Assembly (NCBI GenBank): GCA_027491415.1
Contig: JAOZFH010000032.1
Location: forward strand, 1 to 50,898
Source: Thermoproteota archaeon
GTDB taxonomy: Archaea; Korarchaeota; Korarchaeia; Korarchaeales; Korarchaeaceae
Direction: 5' to 3'
DNA length: 50,898 nucleotides
Shown piece after piece: positions 37,678 to 46,540 of the stretch. The notes under the pieces were generated by a model. It saw only the letters and a program-made list of their open reading frames with translations. It searched no databases and was not told the DNA's origin. Positions within the stretch are counted from its first letter, which is position 1, and the number at the start of each line of letters is the position of its first letter. A program made the position numbers and the translations under genes.

Positions 37678-39078
37678 TTGCTGCTCGGGGAGGGCAGGGT
37701 TCGCGAGTTCGCGGCCGCCGTATCTCGGCTCGACTATGCGTGGGCGCGACTCCTAGCCGCCAGGCCCGCGAGGACCTACGACGAGCTGAGGGCCAGGTCG
37801 GCCCGCGGGGAGAGGGAGCCCAGGGGGATCATCGCAGCCGTTCCTCCGCCGCCTAACTGTCCGCCGGTTCCAGATGGGAGAATTCTGGAGGACTTAGGAC
37901 CCGCCCTGCTCGTGCAGAACGGTCGGCGAGAAGGCGCGCTGGTTCCGAAGAGCTGGGTCCGCGGCGGCGACTCCGCGGCCTCCGCAGCAGCTGCGGCAGA
38001 ACTCCTGCGGGGCAGGTACCCGCCCGACGTGCTGGAAGCGGGGCTTTGGAGGACGGTGTCCTACAGGTCGTCTCTGGCGGCCGGAATAGGGTTGGATCCG
38101 GACCTCGCCCTTGAGGCGGCCGTTAGATCGACGAAGCTGTGGCCGATCGCGATCCTCTTGATGGGCTCGGACGTGACTGAGGTCTACGGGAGCCTCGGAT
38201 CGAGGGTGTACATCGATCACATCGAGGCGGGAAGGTTGGTCGTCGAGAACCTGATCCTCGACGAGACCGACTTTGAGAGAATAAGGAGCTTCGTCGAACT
38301 CCATCCACACGGCTCCATCGGTCCCCACAACCCTCTCGCAAAGGTCGACCTGGAGCTGCCCGGAGGCAGGGTGAGGCTCACGGTGGACGTGCCCCCAGCC
38401 TCCACCCCTGGGTTTGACGCAAGGAACCTGTCCGCGATGTCTCGCCTCCCACTCCCAAGGCTCATATCCCTTGGGACCATCTCGGAGACTCAGGCCGCGC
38501 ACGTGCTTGAGGCGCTGTCCGGGGGCACGCCCGTCCTGGTCGCGGGTCCGACTGGGTCGGGCAAGACGACGCTATGCAACGCCCTGCTGGTGGCCCTAGG
38601 GAGGGGGGTCAGGGTGCTCACGGTGGAGGAGGTCAGGGAGGTGGAGGACCTCGGTGAGTATGGAATGCTCCACCACGCCTACGCAATTCCCGGGGCCCGA
38701 ACCTCGGCGGTCATGGCCCTGCTCCACAGGAACCCAGACGTCGTCTTCTTGGGGGAGATATTGAGTTCAGAGCACGCCAGGGCGTTTGAGTTCGCCGTCG
38801 ACTCTGGCTTCAGAGTGCTGGCCACCACGCACGCCTCGGACCGGCGGGGGCTCATGCGGAAGTGGTCCTCTTGGGGGCTCTCCCAGGCCCTCGAGGGCGC
38901 GCTGATCGTGTTCATGAGAGACAAGAGGGTGGAGCGCGTCGGCACGGTGATGGGAGGCGCCTGGGAGGAGGTCGACCCCGAGCCGAGCGGCGCCTGGTTT
39001 GACCTCGTCCGATCGCTCAGGGGCATGCGGACGAACTTCGAGGTCGCGGCCGCCGTTGGCAGGGTGATTCCGGCTTGA
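37678..39078 (+). CDS. TadA/CpaF/VirB11-family secretion ATPase
   Basis: GPTGSGKTT, Asp box TVEEVRE, NPDVVFLGEI, His box TTHA. Confidence 0.88.
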   Translation: MLLGEGRVREFAAAVSRLDYAWARLLAARPARTYDELRARSARGEREPRGIIAAVPPPPNCPPVPDGRILEDLGPALLVQNGRREGALVPKSWVRGGDSAASAAAAAELLRGRYPPDVLEAGLWRTVSYRSSLAAGIGLDPDLALEAAVRSTKLWPIAILLMGSDVTEVYGSLGSRVYIDHIEAGRLVVENLILDETDFERIRSFVELHPHGSIGPHNPLAKVDLELPGGRVRLTVDVPPASTPGFDARNLSAMSRLPLPRLISLGTISETQAAHVLEALSGGTPVLVAGPTGSGKTTLCNALLVALGRGVRVLTVEEVREVEDLGEYGMLHHAYAIPGARTSAVMALLHRNPDVVFLGEILSSEHARAFEFAVDSGFRVLATTHASDRRGLMRKWSSWGLSQALEGALIVFMRDKRVERVGTVMGGAWEEVDPEPSGAWFDLVRSLRGMRTNFEVAAAVGRVIPA

Positions 39079-39596
39079 GCGTCGCCAGCCTGTTTGGAGG
39101 AAGAAGTTCCCGCGACAGGCTGCGGGCCGTCTACGCGCTCTGCGCCGCCCTGCCAGCCGGCGCGCCCGGCGCCCTGAGGGTTGCCGCCGAGGTGGCGCCT
39201 GAGGAGGTCGCGCGGGCCTTCAGGAGCGCCCTGGCTGAGGCGGCCGTCGAGGGCACGCCCATCGAAGCGGCGCTCGAGAGGTCGCTCTCAACTGTAGACT
39301 GGGCCCCTCTGAGGGAGACGGTCACCGCGCTTGTCAGGGGAGGAAACCCGGGGGTCTCTCTCGACATTCTCAGGCGCTACGTTGAGTCTGAGATCGAGGC
39401 CGAGTCTCGGGAGATATCGCTCAGGTTGGGGATCCGGACGACGGCCGCCTTCTCCGCCATCACCGTGGTGGCGGCCTCGGTGGTCACGGGCTCCGCGCCG
39501 CCCGGCCTCATCGCCCCGGCGGCCGCCGCGATCTCCCTGTTCCTCCTGGCGGCGTCGGTGAGGAGGTGGATCCGACTGTGGAGGGCCCGAGCCTGA
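39075..39596 (+). CDS. TadB-like platform membrane protein
   Basis: GTPIEAALE helix, GGNPGVSL, two C-terminal TM helices; follows the ATPase. Confidence 0.62.
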   Translation: MSVASLFGGRSSRDRLRAVYALCAALPAGAPGALRVAAEVAPEEVARAFRSALAEAAVEGTPIEAALERSLSTVDWAPLRETVTALVRGGNPGVSLDILRRYVESEIEAESREISLRLGIRTTAAFSAITVVAASVVTGSAPPGLIAPAAAAISLFLLAASVRRWIRLWRARA

Positions 39597-40147
39597 TGGA
39601 CTGGCTGGCCTCCCTCCTTGAGGCTGGCATGCCTCCCCTGGCCGCCATTGAGTCTCTTGCGCGCTCTCAAAGTGAGCTGCAAGGGGCGGCGGCCAGGGCG
39701 AAGGTCGAGGGAGACGTTCTGACCTCCCTCTCGCTTGCCGCCGAGGCCTTCGGCGACGACGCCCCCCTGGTGAGGGCCTTGGTCCCCGGCCTGAGTCCGG
39801 ACGGGGCGGCCATGATCCTGCGCCACGCCGCCTCGGCGTCCCGCGCCATCGGGCAGCTCATGGAGGAGAGGAAGTCGGTGCTGAGGTGGCACAGGCGGGT
39901 GTGCAGGACCCTCGCGGCTTCCGTAGCCGCCTCGACGGCAGTCTTGGGCAAGGTGACCGATCTGCTGGCTCAGATGTCCCTGGGCCATGGCGTCCAGGGA
40001 ACCGGTGCCCTAGGTCCCATGGTGGCCATTGGGCTGGGGTTCTCAGCGCTCCTCCTGTCCGAGACCGGGGACAGCCCCGCCTGGATGGCCCTGCCTGCCG
40101 CCTCGGCGGCGCTGTCAATAGCTCTGCTGGAGGCGATGGGGGTTTGA
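39596..40147 (+). CDS. TadC-like platform membrane protein
   Basis: LASLLEAGMPPLAAIESL (T2SS-F motif) and C-terminal TM helices. Confidence 0.68.
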   Translation: MDWLASLLEAGMPPLAAIESLARSQSELQGAAARAKVEGDVLTSLSLAAEAFGDDAPLVRALVPGLSPDGAAMILRHAASASRAIGQLMEERKSVLRWHRRVCRTLAASVAASTAVLGKVTDLLAQMSLGHGVQGTGALGPMVAIGLGFSALLLSETGDSPAWMALPAASAALSIALLEAMGV

Positions 40148-40530
40148 CCACGCTCAGCCTCGCCACATCGGTGCTTCTCATCTCGGAGGTGTGGATTGCG
40201 GCCTGCGTAGACTCCCGCTCCGGGAGGGTTCCGAACAGCCTCAACGCCGCCTTTCTGACCTTGAACCTGGCTGTGGCTGGCTCTCTGGGGTGGTGGAGGC
40301 CGGCCCTGGTCTGGTCTGCCCTGTCCGTCCCGGCCGCGCTGGTCCTGCACAGGCTAGGCCTGGGAGGCGGAGACCTGAAGCTCGTCCTGTCTACGTGCCT
40401 CCTGGGCGGGCCGATCCCCTGGGTGGCCCTCGCCGCCGCGTGCGTCGCCGGGTACCTCAGCGGCGGCAGGTTCTCCGCGCTCGACCTGGCGGCCTTCGCG
40501 ACGGTCTTCGCGATTCCGACACTCCTCTAG
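40144..40530 (+). CDS. Short A24 prepilin peptidase (TadV/CpaA-like)
   Basis: Two catalytic Asp motifs: ACVDSRSGRVPN and GLGGGDLKL; 128 aa, mostly membrane. Confidence 0.85.
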   Translation: MTTLSLATSVLLISEVWIAACVDSRSGRVPNSLNAAFLTLNLAVAGSLGWWRPALVWSALSVPAALVLHRLGLGGGDLKLVLSTCLLGGPIPWVALAAACVAGYLSGGRFSALDLAAFATVFAIPTLL

Positions 40531-40752
40531 CAGGCTGGCAGTCTCCTTCCACCGGCTCTTCCCGAGCCCCAGCCTCCGGAGCAGATCCTTGAAGGGAATC
40601 CGAGCCCCTCCCCTCAACCTCGTGGGGAACCCGACCTGTTCCATTGCCAGAAGGACCGCGACCGCCGCGAGGTGCCGGGGGTTCCTCCCCGCCAGGGCCC
40701 CACCCACCCCCTCGACCCCGCGCAGCATGGCGATTGCCCTGATCCTGATCAC
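40354..40752 (-). pseudogene. In-frame continuation of the TFB paralogue (second cyclin repeat) after TGA-ATG-TAG
   Basis: Same frame as 41268-40762; GRNPRHLAAVAVLLA matches the TFB repeat-2 motif; tail overlaps the peptidase gene antisense. Confidence 0.6.
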
Positions 40753-40761
40753 CTCCTACAT

Positions 40762-41268
40762 TCACCCCATGTCCAGACCTGACCTGACCAGCCCCCTGAT
40801 TATCGCCCCGACGTAGTACTCCGGAGAGACCCTGTAAGAGACGCCTACAAGCGATTTTACTGCCTCCATGCCCTTCAAGACGTCGCTTGGCCTGACCTTC
40901 CTGGCCCGGGTGAGGGAGAGCGCTTCCAGCACCTCCGAGATCGTAAGGGGATACCCCAGCCTCCTACCCGCGGCCAGGAGACACGCGGCGGCTAGGGAGG
41001 CGGACGCCCGCCCTCCCGTCTTGGAGAGGTAGATCCACAAGAGCCCCTCGGCGGCCGAGCGCACCGAATCGGGCACCTCAAGGGCCTCGGCCAGGTCTTG
41101 GATAACCCTCAGCCGGGAACTCTTCGCTGGGACTCCCAGCCACCAGCCCTCAAGCCGCGAGATCCTGCCCCACATCCTCCCACACGTCGGACACACTAGG
41201 CAGCCGTCCTCAACGATGAGGCGCGATCCGTCAACCGGGCACCTGGACGCGTCCTCCTGGACCACCAT
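40762..41268 (-). CDS. TFB (TFIIB) paralogue: Zn ribbon + first cyclin repeat
   Basis: CPVD...CLVCPTCG; IQDLAEALEVP...GRASASLAAACLLAAGRRLGYPLTISEV; SPEYYV. Confidence 0.75.
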   Translation of the reverse strand: MVVQEDASRCPVDGSRLIVEDGCLVCPTCGRMWGRISRLEGWWLGVPAKSSRLRVIQDLAEALEVPDSVRSAAEGLLWIYLSKTGGRASASLAAACLLAAGRRLGYPLTISEVLEALSLTRARKVRPSDVLKGMEAVKSLVGVSYRVSPEYYVGAIIRGLVRSGLDMG

Positions 41269-41335
41269 GCGCCGCAGCTGGGGCCGATGCAGGTTTCCCC
41301 CGCCCACCTGACGAAAGTATCCCGCTCGCGGGCGT

Positions 41336-41581
41336 TCAGGGGGCTCCCAATATTCTCGGAGCCGAGGCCAGCGCGATATCCGCAACCAGTAGGTAGAGCA
41401 TCACCCGCCTGATCTCCCGCGCCAGTTCCAAGTGGTCCTCAAGGAGCCAGGAGAGGACGAGCAGCAGGGCTATCGGCGGCGCGGCCTCCCGGGCCAGGGC
41501 AGACGCCCTCAGCAGGCCATCTCTCACAGCCTCCCAGAGTCCCCAGAGCATTTCTCCGAGCTCTCTCTCGAACGGGTTCAC
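41336..41581 (-). CDS. Small two-helix membrane protein
   Basis: GTG overlaps the upstream TGA; 81 aa with two hydrophobic segments. Confidence 0.6.
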   Translation of the reverse strand: MNPFERELGEMLWGLWEAVRDGLLRASALAREAAPPIALLLVLSWLLEDHLELAREIRRVMLYLLVADIALASAPRILGAP

Positions 41582-42501
41582 GTGGCCTCCCTCCGCAGAA
41601 GCCCGCGAGTGACGACCGTGATCGCGCCCTCCGAGTAGCACCCCCACCCGGTCCTCTCTTCCTTCCACCAGTAGCGTACCTCGGGGTCCTCCACCCAGAC
41701 GCGTATTAGGAGGGTGGCACGGTGCGTCGCCTCGACCCACTCGCCCCTCCTATCCAGATCGAGTTCTGTTCCGTTGAGAACGACGTCGAACGAGATGCTC
41801 AGTCCCCGCTTGGAATACTTGAGCCTCAGCTCTCTCTCTAGCGCCCTCACCTCACCGATTACCTGCCGCATCGCGCCGTCGGAGGCCTCGAGGAGTTCGG
41901 CGGAGGAGTTGACGACTCCTACAAAGAATACCGCGCGGCCGGCTATCTCGCCGATGCCCGCCGCGGCCTCCCGGTGTGCCTCAATCACCGAGTAGTACCT
42001 CAGGGGGTGGACCACCGTGAAGGTGTAGTTCCTGACCGCCGACGTCTCGGCCAGCCCCCTCCTAACCACCGTCGAGACGTTGAGCGCGCCTCGGACCCTT
42101 ATCATCCCTGCGTCGCCTCCGCCGAGGAAGAGGGAATTGAGATCCTCGTCCACCCCGCCTGGGCCGGGGTTCCTCCTGAGTTCCACCTCAGCCGAGGCCT
42201 TGAGCTCCGAGGCAGTCTCCACGAGCGCCGCCCGGGAGATCATCTCCTCCCAGTCCTCCAGATCTATCTGCGGAGGTTCGATGTCCTCGAGGCTCTTCCC
42301 GTTGGTCTCAACCATCCACCTGTCGATCGCGCAGCGGACGTAGATCAGGAGCCGAGGAAGGGCGGCCTCGGCCTCCATCCACGCCACCGCCTGCGAGAGC
42401 CCGGCGTCGATCGCGGGGGGGTCTAGCTCACTCGCCCTGTGCCCCCCCAGCGCCGAGAGGGCGATCACCAGCACCGCGGCGAGCCCGAGGAGGTCCCTCA
42501 C
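41578..42501 (-). CDS. Secreted/membrane-anchored protein, probable glycoprotein
   Basis: N-terminal hydrophobic helix (RDLLGLAAVLVIALSALGG); sequons NVS, NYT, NSS, NGT; GTGA coupling. Confidence 0.68.
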   Translation of the reverse strand: MRDLLGLAAVLVIALSALGGHRASELDPPAIDAGLSQAVAWMEAEAALPRLLIYVRCAIDRWMVETNGKSLEDIEPPQIDLEDWEEMISRAALVETASELKASAEVELRRNPGPGGVDEDLNSLFLGGGDAGMIRVRGALNVSTVVRRGLAETSAVRNYTFTVVHPLRYYSVIEAHREAAAGIGEIAGRAVFFVGVVNSSAELLEASDGAMRQVIGEVRALERELRLKYSKRGLSISFDVVLNGTELDLDRRGEWVEATHRATLLIRVWVEDPEVRYWWKEERTGWGCYSEGAITVVTRGLLRREAT

Positions 42502-42773
42502 CCTCTCCCCACCTCGACGGTGTGGTTCAGCCCCCCTGGGAGCGGGATCACCACCCTCGCCGACAGCGGGCAGGAGAGGTTCAGCCTGCCGTCCACCTCT
42601 GTCACGCTCTCCCAGACAAGCCTCGCCCCCTCCTCGCTCAGCGCGTCGACGAGCCCTCCGGCTTGCGAATCCCTGCAGGCGACCACCCACCCGGTGCTGC
42701 GGTATCCCAGGAGGGAGTAGCCGGCCAGCGCGACCACCATAAGCGCGCCCACCGCCAGCCACAGAACCCTCAC
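42498..42773 (-). CDS. Small N-anchored protein (minor-pilin-like)
   Basis: Hydrophobic N-helix, Cys pair, sequons NLS and NHT; SD GGAGGTGA. Confidence 0.62.
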   Translation of the reverse strand: MRVLWLAVGALMVVALAGYSLLGYRSTGWVVACRDSQAGGLVDALSEEGARLVWESVTEVDGRLNLSCPLSARVVIPLPGGLNHTVEVGRG

Positions 42774-42898
42774 GGTATCACCTCCAGCGGTAGTGGGCTC
42801 GGCGGCTGCACAGCGGCCAGCGCAGCCGCGACGAGCGCGGCGATCACCAAGGCGAGCCAGAGTAGGTCCCCGATCGCGTCAGCCGCCTCCTCTGACAA
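42770..42898 (-). CDS. 42-aa single-TM protein
   Basis: Manual translation MSEEAADAIGDLLWLALVIAALVAAALAAVQPPSPLPLEVIP*; stop overlaps the next GTG and fills the operon gap. Confidence 0.55.
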   Translation of the reverse strand: MSEEAADAIGDLLWLALVIAALVAAALAAVQPPSPLPLEVIP

Positions 42899-43148
42899 CC
42901 CGCCCACCGCCCTCCCTCAGGCCCCCCGCTCCTGACGGAACTTGGACCTCGCCCCCCCACGGGTACCTAACCACCGTGGTGACGCGGAGGGACTCGGCCC
43001 TCTCTCCCAGCCTCGCGATGTCCTCCCTGAGCCTGGCGCTTGAGGCCCGTTCTCCCAGGCCGCGTAGGAGGGCGCCCATGGCCAGGGCGCTCAGCAGGAG
43101 GGAGGCGTTCAGGGCGATGCCGAGCGACTCCCTGAGCACCCTCCTCAC
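42879..43148 (-). CDS. Small N-anchored protein (minor-pilin-like)
   Basis: Hydrophobic N-helix followed by an amphipathic helix; coupled to neighbours. Confidence 0.55.
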   Translation of the reverse strand: MRRVLRESLGIALNASLLLSALAMGALLRGLGERASSARLREDIARLGERAESLRVTTVVRYPWGGEVQVPSGAGGLREGGGRVVRGGG

Positions 43149-43570
43149 TACCCCCTCACCTCCAGCAGTACGGCCCCCTCGTCCCAGGCCGCCCCGACCC
43201 AGACCAACCCCCTGACCACGCAGACCTCGTTCTCAGGGTGCCAGGGGTAAGTCTGTCCGCTCAGGAGCCTCACCTCCACCGGAAACTCGACCGTGAACTC
43301 GGAGAGGCTCTCGTTGTCCCAGACGATGACCTGACCACCCCTGGCCTCGACCACGAGTTCCACCGGAATGAACACCCGGGTCCTGCAGGCCCCCCCTCCA
43401 ATGACGGCCGACACGCAGTTGCTCACGGCCCCGCCGAGGGTCCACTCGCTCGACGCCGTCAGCCGCCGGTCTATCCTCCCCGCGGCCTCTCGCATGGGGC
43501 CCGAGGCTAGGGCCAGCATGGCAGCCGCTGAGACGAGCCCGATCATGGCGTAGGCGAGCGTCTCGTTCAT
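43148..43570 (-). CDS. Pilin-like protein (N-helix + beta-rich head)
   Basis: MNETLAYAMIGLVSAAAMLALA, long helix, then beta-strand pattern with Cys residues; sequon NES. Confidence 0.62.
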   Translation of the reverse strand: MNETLAYAMIGLVSAAAMLALASGPMREAAGRIDRRLTASSEWTLGGAVSNCVSAVIGGGACRTRVFIPVELVVEARGGQVIVWDNESLSEFTVEFPVEVRLLSGQTYPWHPENEVCVVRGLVWVGAAWDEGAVLLEVRG

Positions 43571-43800
43571 TTACTCTCCACCCCCAGTAGCCTGGCCAGC
43601 TCACGCGCCTCCCTCTCGCTCGCCGTCAGCAGTCCAACCATAAGGCCCGCCAGCGCCTCGGCCGCCTCGCTGGCCGCAGGATTGACGATCCTGATCTCGG
43701 CAATGACCTCCCGGAGGTGCCTCCTGGCCCTCTCCCTGCTGGCGTCGAGGCTCGGCCTGCGCCGAAGCGGGAGGGAGATCAGCCTACCGAGGTTCCGCAT
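43567..43800 (-). CDS. Small hypothetical protein, first gene of the minus-strand operon
   Basis: ATG 43800 about 20 nt after TTTTATTT (43820-43827, minus strand); stop overlaps the next ATG. Confidence 0.55.
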   Translation of the reverse strand: MRNLGRLISLPLRRRPSLDASRERARRHLREVIAEIRIVNPAASEAAEALAGLMVGLLTASEREARELARLLGVESK

Positions 43801-43881
43801 CGCTGCGAGGAGTTCAGCGAAATAAAAGGCGGGGCCGGGCGGGTCGGGGGGGGTTATATCCTGCGCGGAGGCGCCGGCCTG

Positions 43882-44961
43882 ATGAGGACGCGCCCTTGGC
43901 TCTTCGAGGAGTACCCCGAGCTAGAGGGGAGGGCCCCTTGGACGAGCCTGGGCGACTTTCCCACCCCACTGCACAGGCTTGAGGGCCTGTGCAGGTCTGA
44001 GGGGATCTGTGAGGTCTGGATTAAGAGAGACGACCGCTCTTCAAGTCACTACGGGGGGAACAAGGTCCGAAAGCTGGAGTTCACCCTCGCCGACGCGAAG
44101 AGACGGGGGAAGAGGTACGTTCTAACATTCGGCGGCCTTGGGTCGAACCACTGCCTCGCCACGACCGTACACTCCCACAGGCTCGGTCTCAAGTCAATAC
44201 TAGTCCTCCACCCACAGCCGATCACCCCCCACGTAAGGAGGAACCTCCTCCTAGACGTGAAGTTCGGCGCCGAGGTGCACCTGGCTAGGAACCCGCTGGA
44301 AAGGGCGCTGACCGTGGCGTGGATCAAGCTCACCAGACGCGGGGTCTACACGCTGCCGCTCGGCGGCTCCTCGCCCTTGGGGGTTCTGGGCTTCGTCGAC
44401 GCCGGGCTGGAGCTGGCTCGCCAGGTGGAGTCCGGAGAGCTGCCTGAGCCTAGGGAGATCTACCTCGCGCTCGGAACCGGTGGGACGCTGGCCGGCCTGC
44501 TGGTGGGGCTGAGGCTCGCAGGGCTCAACTCGAGGCTGATCGGGGTCAGGGTCACGCCCGAGAGGATCGGCAACGCGAGAAAGGTGGCGGACCTGGCCAA
44601 CAGGGTGATCAACTTCCTCAGGTCCAAGTCAGATTCCGTGCCCGACCTGAGGTTCTACCCCTCCGACTTGGAGGTGGTCCACTACTTCTATGGACCTGGA
44701 TACGGCGCCCCCACGCCGGAGGCTGTCGAGGCTAGGGAGCTCCTGCTCGAGACCGACGGCGTGGAGCTGGACCTCACGTACACCGCGAAGGCCTTCGCGG
44801 CCCTCCTCGCCAGGGCTAGGTCGGGGGCCGAGGGTCCACTCCTCTTCTGGAACACCTTCAACTCGGTGGACCTCACTCCCCACCTCCAGGGAATCAGCGA
44901 GGACGACCTCCCGCCTCGCGTCAGGGAGTTCCTCAGGAGGGAGGTCGGGCCAAGCTTATAG
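43882..44961 (+). CDS. D-cysteine desulfhydrase/ACC deaminase family PLP enzyme
   Basis: PTPL, IKRDD, GGNKVRKLEF, SNH, GTGGT.AG, LDLTYTAKA. Confidence 0.9.
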   Translation: MRTRPWLFEEYPELEGRAPWTSLGDFPTPLHRLEGLCRSEGICEVWIKRDDRSSSHYGGNKVRKLEFTLADAKRRGKRYVLTFGGLGSNHCLATTVHSHRLGLKSILVLHPQPITPHVRRNLLLDVKFGAEVHLARNPLERALTVAWIKLTRRGVYTLPLGGSSPLGVLGFVDAGLELARQVESGELPEPREIYLALGTGGTLAGLLVGLRLAGLNSRLIGVRVTPERIGNARKVADLANRVINFLRSKSDSVPDLRFYPSDLEVVHYFYGPGYGAPTPEAVEARELLLETDGVELDLTYTAKAFAALLARARSGAEGPLLFWNTFNSVDLTPHLQGISEDDLPPRVREFLRREVGPSL

Positions 44962-44976
44962 GCCCGCCCCGACTGA

Positions 44977-45135
44977 ATGCTTGGGATGCGCGTTAGGGAC
45001 GCGCTGTTGCTGCTGGTGGCCCTGGCTCTCGCGGTCCTCTTGTGGAGGATAGTCTGGCTCCTAGTGAGGATCATCCTGATAGCTCTCTTGGCGCTGGTGA
45101 TCTACTGGGTCCTCAAGAGGGCGCTCAAGTGGTAG
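44977..45135 (+). CDS. 52-aa hydrophobic membrane peptide
   Basis: Manual translation MLGMRVRDALLLLVALALAVLLWRIVWLLVRIILIALLALVIYWVLKRALKW*. Confidence 0.6.
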   Translation: MLGMRVRDALLLLVALALAVLLWRIVWLLVRIILIALLALVIYWVLKRALKW

Positions 45136-45184
45136 CTGCAGGGTCGAGGCCGGTTCCCACGTGAAACGGAGGGGGCCGCGGGGA

Positions 45185-46417
45185 TTAGATCACCTCTCCG
45201 AGCCTCTGGGCCCTGGCCACGTCCGCCGCCGTCTTGGACGCCAGTATCTTGGCCGCGAGCGGAGCCAGCAGAACGGTGAAGAGGGCGAAGAGGACCGCCG
45301 TCGAGTAGACGCTAACGTCCACCAAGCCGAGCCTCAGCGCCGCCTCCGAGGCCGCGATGACCAGGCTCAGCTTCGCCCACATCAGCGTCCCCATGGTGAG
45401 GGAGACCTCTTTGCCGTGCCCGCGTAGCCTGGCGGGTACGTACACCCCAACGAGCTTTCCGACGTAGCTAAGCGCCAGAAAGGCAGGCAGGAGCCACAGC
45501 TCCCCGGCGGCAGCCACCTCCGGAAGGTTCACCTTTGCCCCGGCTAAGAGGAAGAACGCCGGGAGGAAGAGAGAGTAGCCGAAGGATATCAGGCTCTCTC
45601 CCAGCCTCTCGTAGCCCTCCGTGAGCACTGACACGAGCACCCCAGCGAAGAAGGAGCCCACGACCGCGTGGACGCCTATGAGCTCCGCCGCCGCGGCGAG
45701 CACTATCATGAGCACCATGCTCATCCGGGTGGTGAAGTGGTACCTCCTCTCCAGCTCAATCATCCTGCTGGCGAGCCTGCCGTAGGCTTGGAGGGCTCGG
45801 TAGAACGGGAGGAGCAGGATGCCGGCCGCCGCTATCAGGGCCAGGGTCTGGATGTTTGCGCCCCTCCTCTCTATCATGAAGGCGAGCATGAACATGCTGA
45901 GCATGTCTGAGACGGCAGTCGCCCCTATCAGCAGCTTGTGGAACGGGACCTCACCCGACCGTCCGGCTAGCCCCTGAAAGAGGTGCTCCATCTCCTTGGC
46001 GGCGGGCAGGACCACGCCGACGGAGGTCGTAGAGAATATGACGCCGGTCAGCTCGGGCGAGAACCCCACCGCCCAGCCGAAGGAGTATCCCATGGCGAGG
46101 GGCACTAGCGTCGATAGCACGCCTATTACCATCGAGTCGAACGCGTTCTGTCGGAGGAACTTGGCCTCGACCTCAAGTCCCGCCATGAACAGGAGGTAGA
46201 TCAGCCCGAAGTCGAATAGAAAGGTGGTCCATGGGCCCTCTACGCTGACGAGGCCCAGCACAGACTGCCCGAAGATGATCCCGAGCGCGATCTCCAGGAC
46301 CACGCAGGGTACCTCGGTTACCTTCGAGATCAGCGGAGCTATAAGAGCCAGCAGACCGACCAAGGCAAGCGTTAGAAGCTCCAATTCTACCGGATGATGC
46401 CCACGCTGGATTGCCAA
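45185..46417 (-). CDS. Cation:proton antiporter (CPA2 family)
   Basis: LFMAGLE, TTSVGVV, VGSFFAG, FFLLAG, GKLVG; about 12 TM helices; start may be TTG 46384. Confidence 0.9.
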   Translation of the reverse strand: MAIQRGHHPVELELLTLALVGLLALIAPLISKVTEVPCVVLEIALGIIFGQSVLGLVSVEGPWTTFLFDFGLIYLLFMAGLEVEAKFLRQNAFDSMVIGVLSTLVPLAMGYSFGWAVGFSPELTGVIFSTTSVGVVLPAAKEMEHLFQGLAGRSGEVPFHKLLIGATAVSDMLSMFMLAFMIERRGANIQTLALIAAAGILLLPFYRALQAYGRLASRMIELERRYHFTTRMSMVLMIVLAAAAELIGVHAVVGSFFAGVLVSVLTEGYERLGESLISFGYSLFLPAFFLLAGAKVNLPEVAAAGELWLLPAFLALSYVGKLVGVYVPARLRGHGKEVSLTMGTLMWAKLSLVIAASEAALRLGLVDVSVYSTAVLFALFTVLLAPLAAKILASKTAADVARAQRLGEVI

Positions 46418-46540
46418 TAAAAGCCGATGTCCGTCGGCCCCCTGGGTTGAGGCGATCAGGTCTCGGCCCAGACCTCAATGACCCGAAAGCGGCTATGGGG
46501 TCTCCAAAAGGATTTTTGTGAGGTAAGCGATTGCCGCAGG

